From Candidatus Saccharimonadota bacterium (GTDB taxonomy: Bacteria > Patescibacteriota > Saccharimonadia > Saccharimonadales > UBA4665): a DNA stretch of 32,000 nucleotides. The stretch spans positions 930,001 through 962,000 of the forward strand of contig CP065016.1 in the NCBI GenBank assembly GCA_016700375.1. Reading direction: 5' to 3'. Within the stretch, counting starts at the first letter, position 1. Every line of letters begins with the position of its first letter. Under the pieces are notes generated by a model. That model saw only the letters and a list, made by a program, of their open reading frames with translations, was not told the DNA's origin and ran no database searches. The position numbers and the translations under genes were made by a program. Of this stretch, positions 30,964 to 32,000 are shown piece after piece.

Positions 30964-31753
30964 TGGGCGGGAGATACCGCAAGTAGGACTGGGGCTGTGG
31001 CGGGTAAAAGTTGAAGCCGATTTGCATGCATCAGTTACGGCAGCTTTAAGTACTGGATATGTACATTTTGATGATGCCCACGCGTACGGTAACGAGGAGT
31101 GGCTTGGTGCTGCACTTCGAGGCAGCGGTAAAACTCGCGGGGAGCTTTTTGTTACTACAAAAATCCGCACCGAGCTTATTGCAGTTGGACAAACGCGAAA
31201 AAGTTACCGCCAATCGATGGAGCGGCTTGGGCTGGACTACGTTGACCTATTACTGTTGCACTTTCCAGTGTCACTCATGCGCAAAAAGGCGTGGCTTGAA
31301 CTCGAGAATATTAAGGCAGAAGGTGGCGCAAAAAGTATCGGTGTTAGCAACTACACCATAAAACACCTCGAAGAAATGAAGTTGTATGCAACAGAGATGC
31401 CGGTGGTCAACCAAGTGGAACTACATGTGTTTTTGCAGCAGCCTGAGCTGCTCGAATACTGCCGTGAACACGGCATAGTTGCGGAGGCCTATAGCCCCCT
31501 TGCTCATGGTAAAAAGATGGACGACCCCACCATTGTCGCAATCGCCCAGAAACACCACAAAAGCTACGCGCAGATTATGTTGCGCTGGTGTGTGGACAAA
31601 GGCCTCGTGGTGTTACCAAAGTCCGTCACGCCGGAACGAGTACAGCAGAACGTAGATATCTTCGACTTCCAGCTCGATGAAGAGGACATGAAGCGCCTTG
31701 CTGTCCTCGATCAAGACCTCCGTACGTGCTGGGATCCGACACATGTGCCATAA
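30932..31753 (+). CDS. Aldo/keto reductase, DkgA-like (273 aa)
   Basis: IPQVGLGLW, HFDDAHAYGNE, YVDLLLLHFP, NQVELH and LPKS. Confidence 0.9.
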   Translation: MINVPKIGLSDGREIPQVGLGLWRVKVEADLHASVTAALSTGYVHFDDAHAYGNEEWLGAALRGSGKTRGELFVTTKIRTELIAVGQTRKSYRQSMERLGLDYVDLLLLHFPVSLMRKKAWLELENIKAEGGAKSIGVSNYTIKHLEEMKLYATEMPVVNQVELHVFLQQPELLEYCREHGIVAEAYSPLAHGKKMDDPTIVAIAQKHHKSYAQIMLRWCVDKGLVVLPKSVTPERVQQNVDIFDFQLDEEDMKRLAVLDQDLRTCWDPTHVP

Positions 31754-31764
31754 TGTAGGGTACT

Positions 31765-32000
31765 ATGGCGATTGAGCGGATTATGAATACGGTGGTAGCG
31801 GATGACGATGACTCGACTGATGAGGTTGAGTTTGAGCTCAAACTGCGTCCGCACGACTTTGCGAATTACATTGGGCAAGAGCGGTTGAAGAAAAACATTC
31901 AGCTGGCAATAGCGGCAGCCAAAAAGCGTGGGGAGCCGCTCGACCACGTGTTGCTATACGGTCCGCCCGGGCTGGGCAAGACTACCATGGCGAGCGTTAT
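31765..32000 (+). CDS. ruvB: Holliday junction helicase RuvB, 5' partial (runs off the window)
   Basis: My own translation from ATG 31765 gives [78 protein letters not shown]. It shows the RuvB N-terminus and Walker A. The ORF is absent from the track because it is open-ended. Confidence 0.93.
   Translation, partial: MAIERIMNTVVADDDDSTDEVEFELKLRPHDFANYIGQERLKKNIQLAIAAAKKRGEPLDHVLLYGPPGLGKTTMASV

Overview
This is a 32-kb chromosomal window from a compact bacterial genome that uses HrcA/CIRCE heat-shock control. A short HrcA, a short SerA, a ComEC without a lactamase domain and many small unknown ORFs would fit a reduced-genome lineage such as Patescibacteria/CPR. That placement is inference only and was not tested. 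In order, the window holds: (1) a heat-shock locus split into three CIRCE-controlled units, namely hrcA-orf-orf-grpE-orf, dnaK and dnaJ. About 4.8 kb of unrelated genes lie between dnaK and dnaJ: a 2-TM protein, a zinc-ribbon protein and a 972-aa polytopic membrane protein. (2) A cluster of three ATP-grasp ligases plus a DUF192 protein. Two of the ligases resemble cyanophycin synthetase without its Mur-ligase-like domain. An intact IS982-like element (21-bp IRs, 7-bp TSD) is inserted in the cluster. (3) A small membrane protein converging on an orphan ATPase that has only the MutS ATPase domain. (4) serC-serA and glnA on the minus strand. (5) About 680 nt of non-coding DNA containing tRNA-Lys(UUU), a promoter-driven structured leader, a bidirectional terminator and a displaced, interrupted copy of the tRNA 3' half. 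(6) A voltage-sensor-only ORF, a Nudix-like ORF, comEC, a Crp/Fnr regulator, yebC and an IMPase-family gene. (7) ruvC, ruvA and ruvB separated first by a REP-RAYT-REP module and then by four oxidoreductase or membrane genes. Across the window, at least eight genes have a -10 box (seven of them extended, TGnTAnnnT) 6-7 nt before the ATG and no usable SD, which suggests leaderless mRNAs. The best candidates for an undescribed system are the ATP-grasp/DUF192 cluster and the adjacent MutS-like ATPase. All family calls come from reading the translations by eye; no searches were run.
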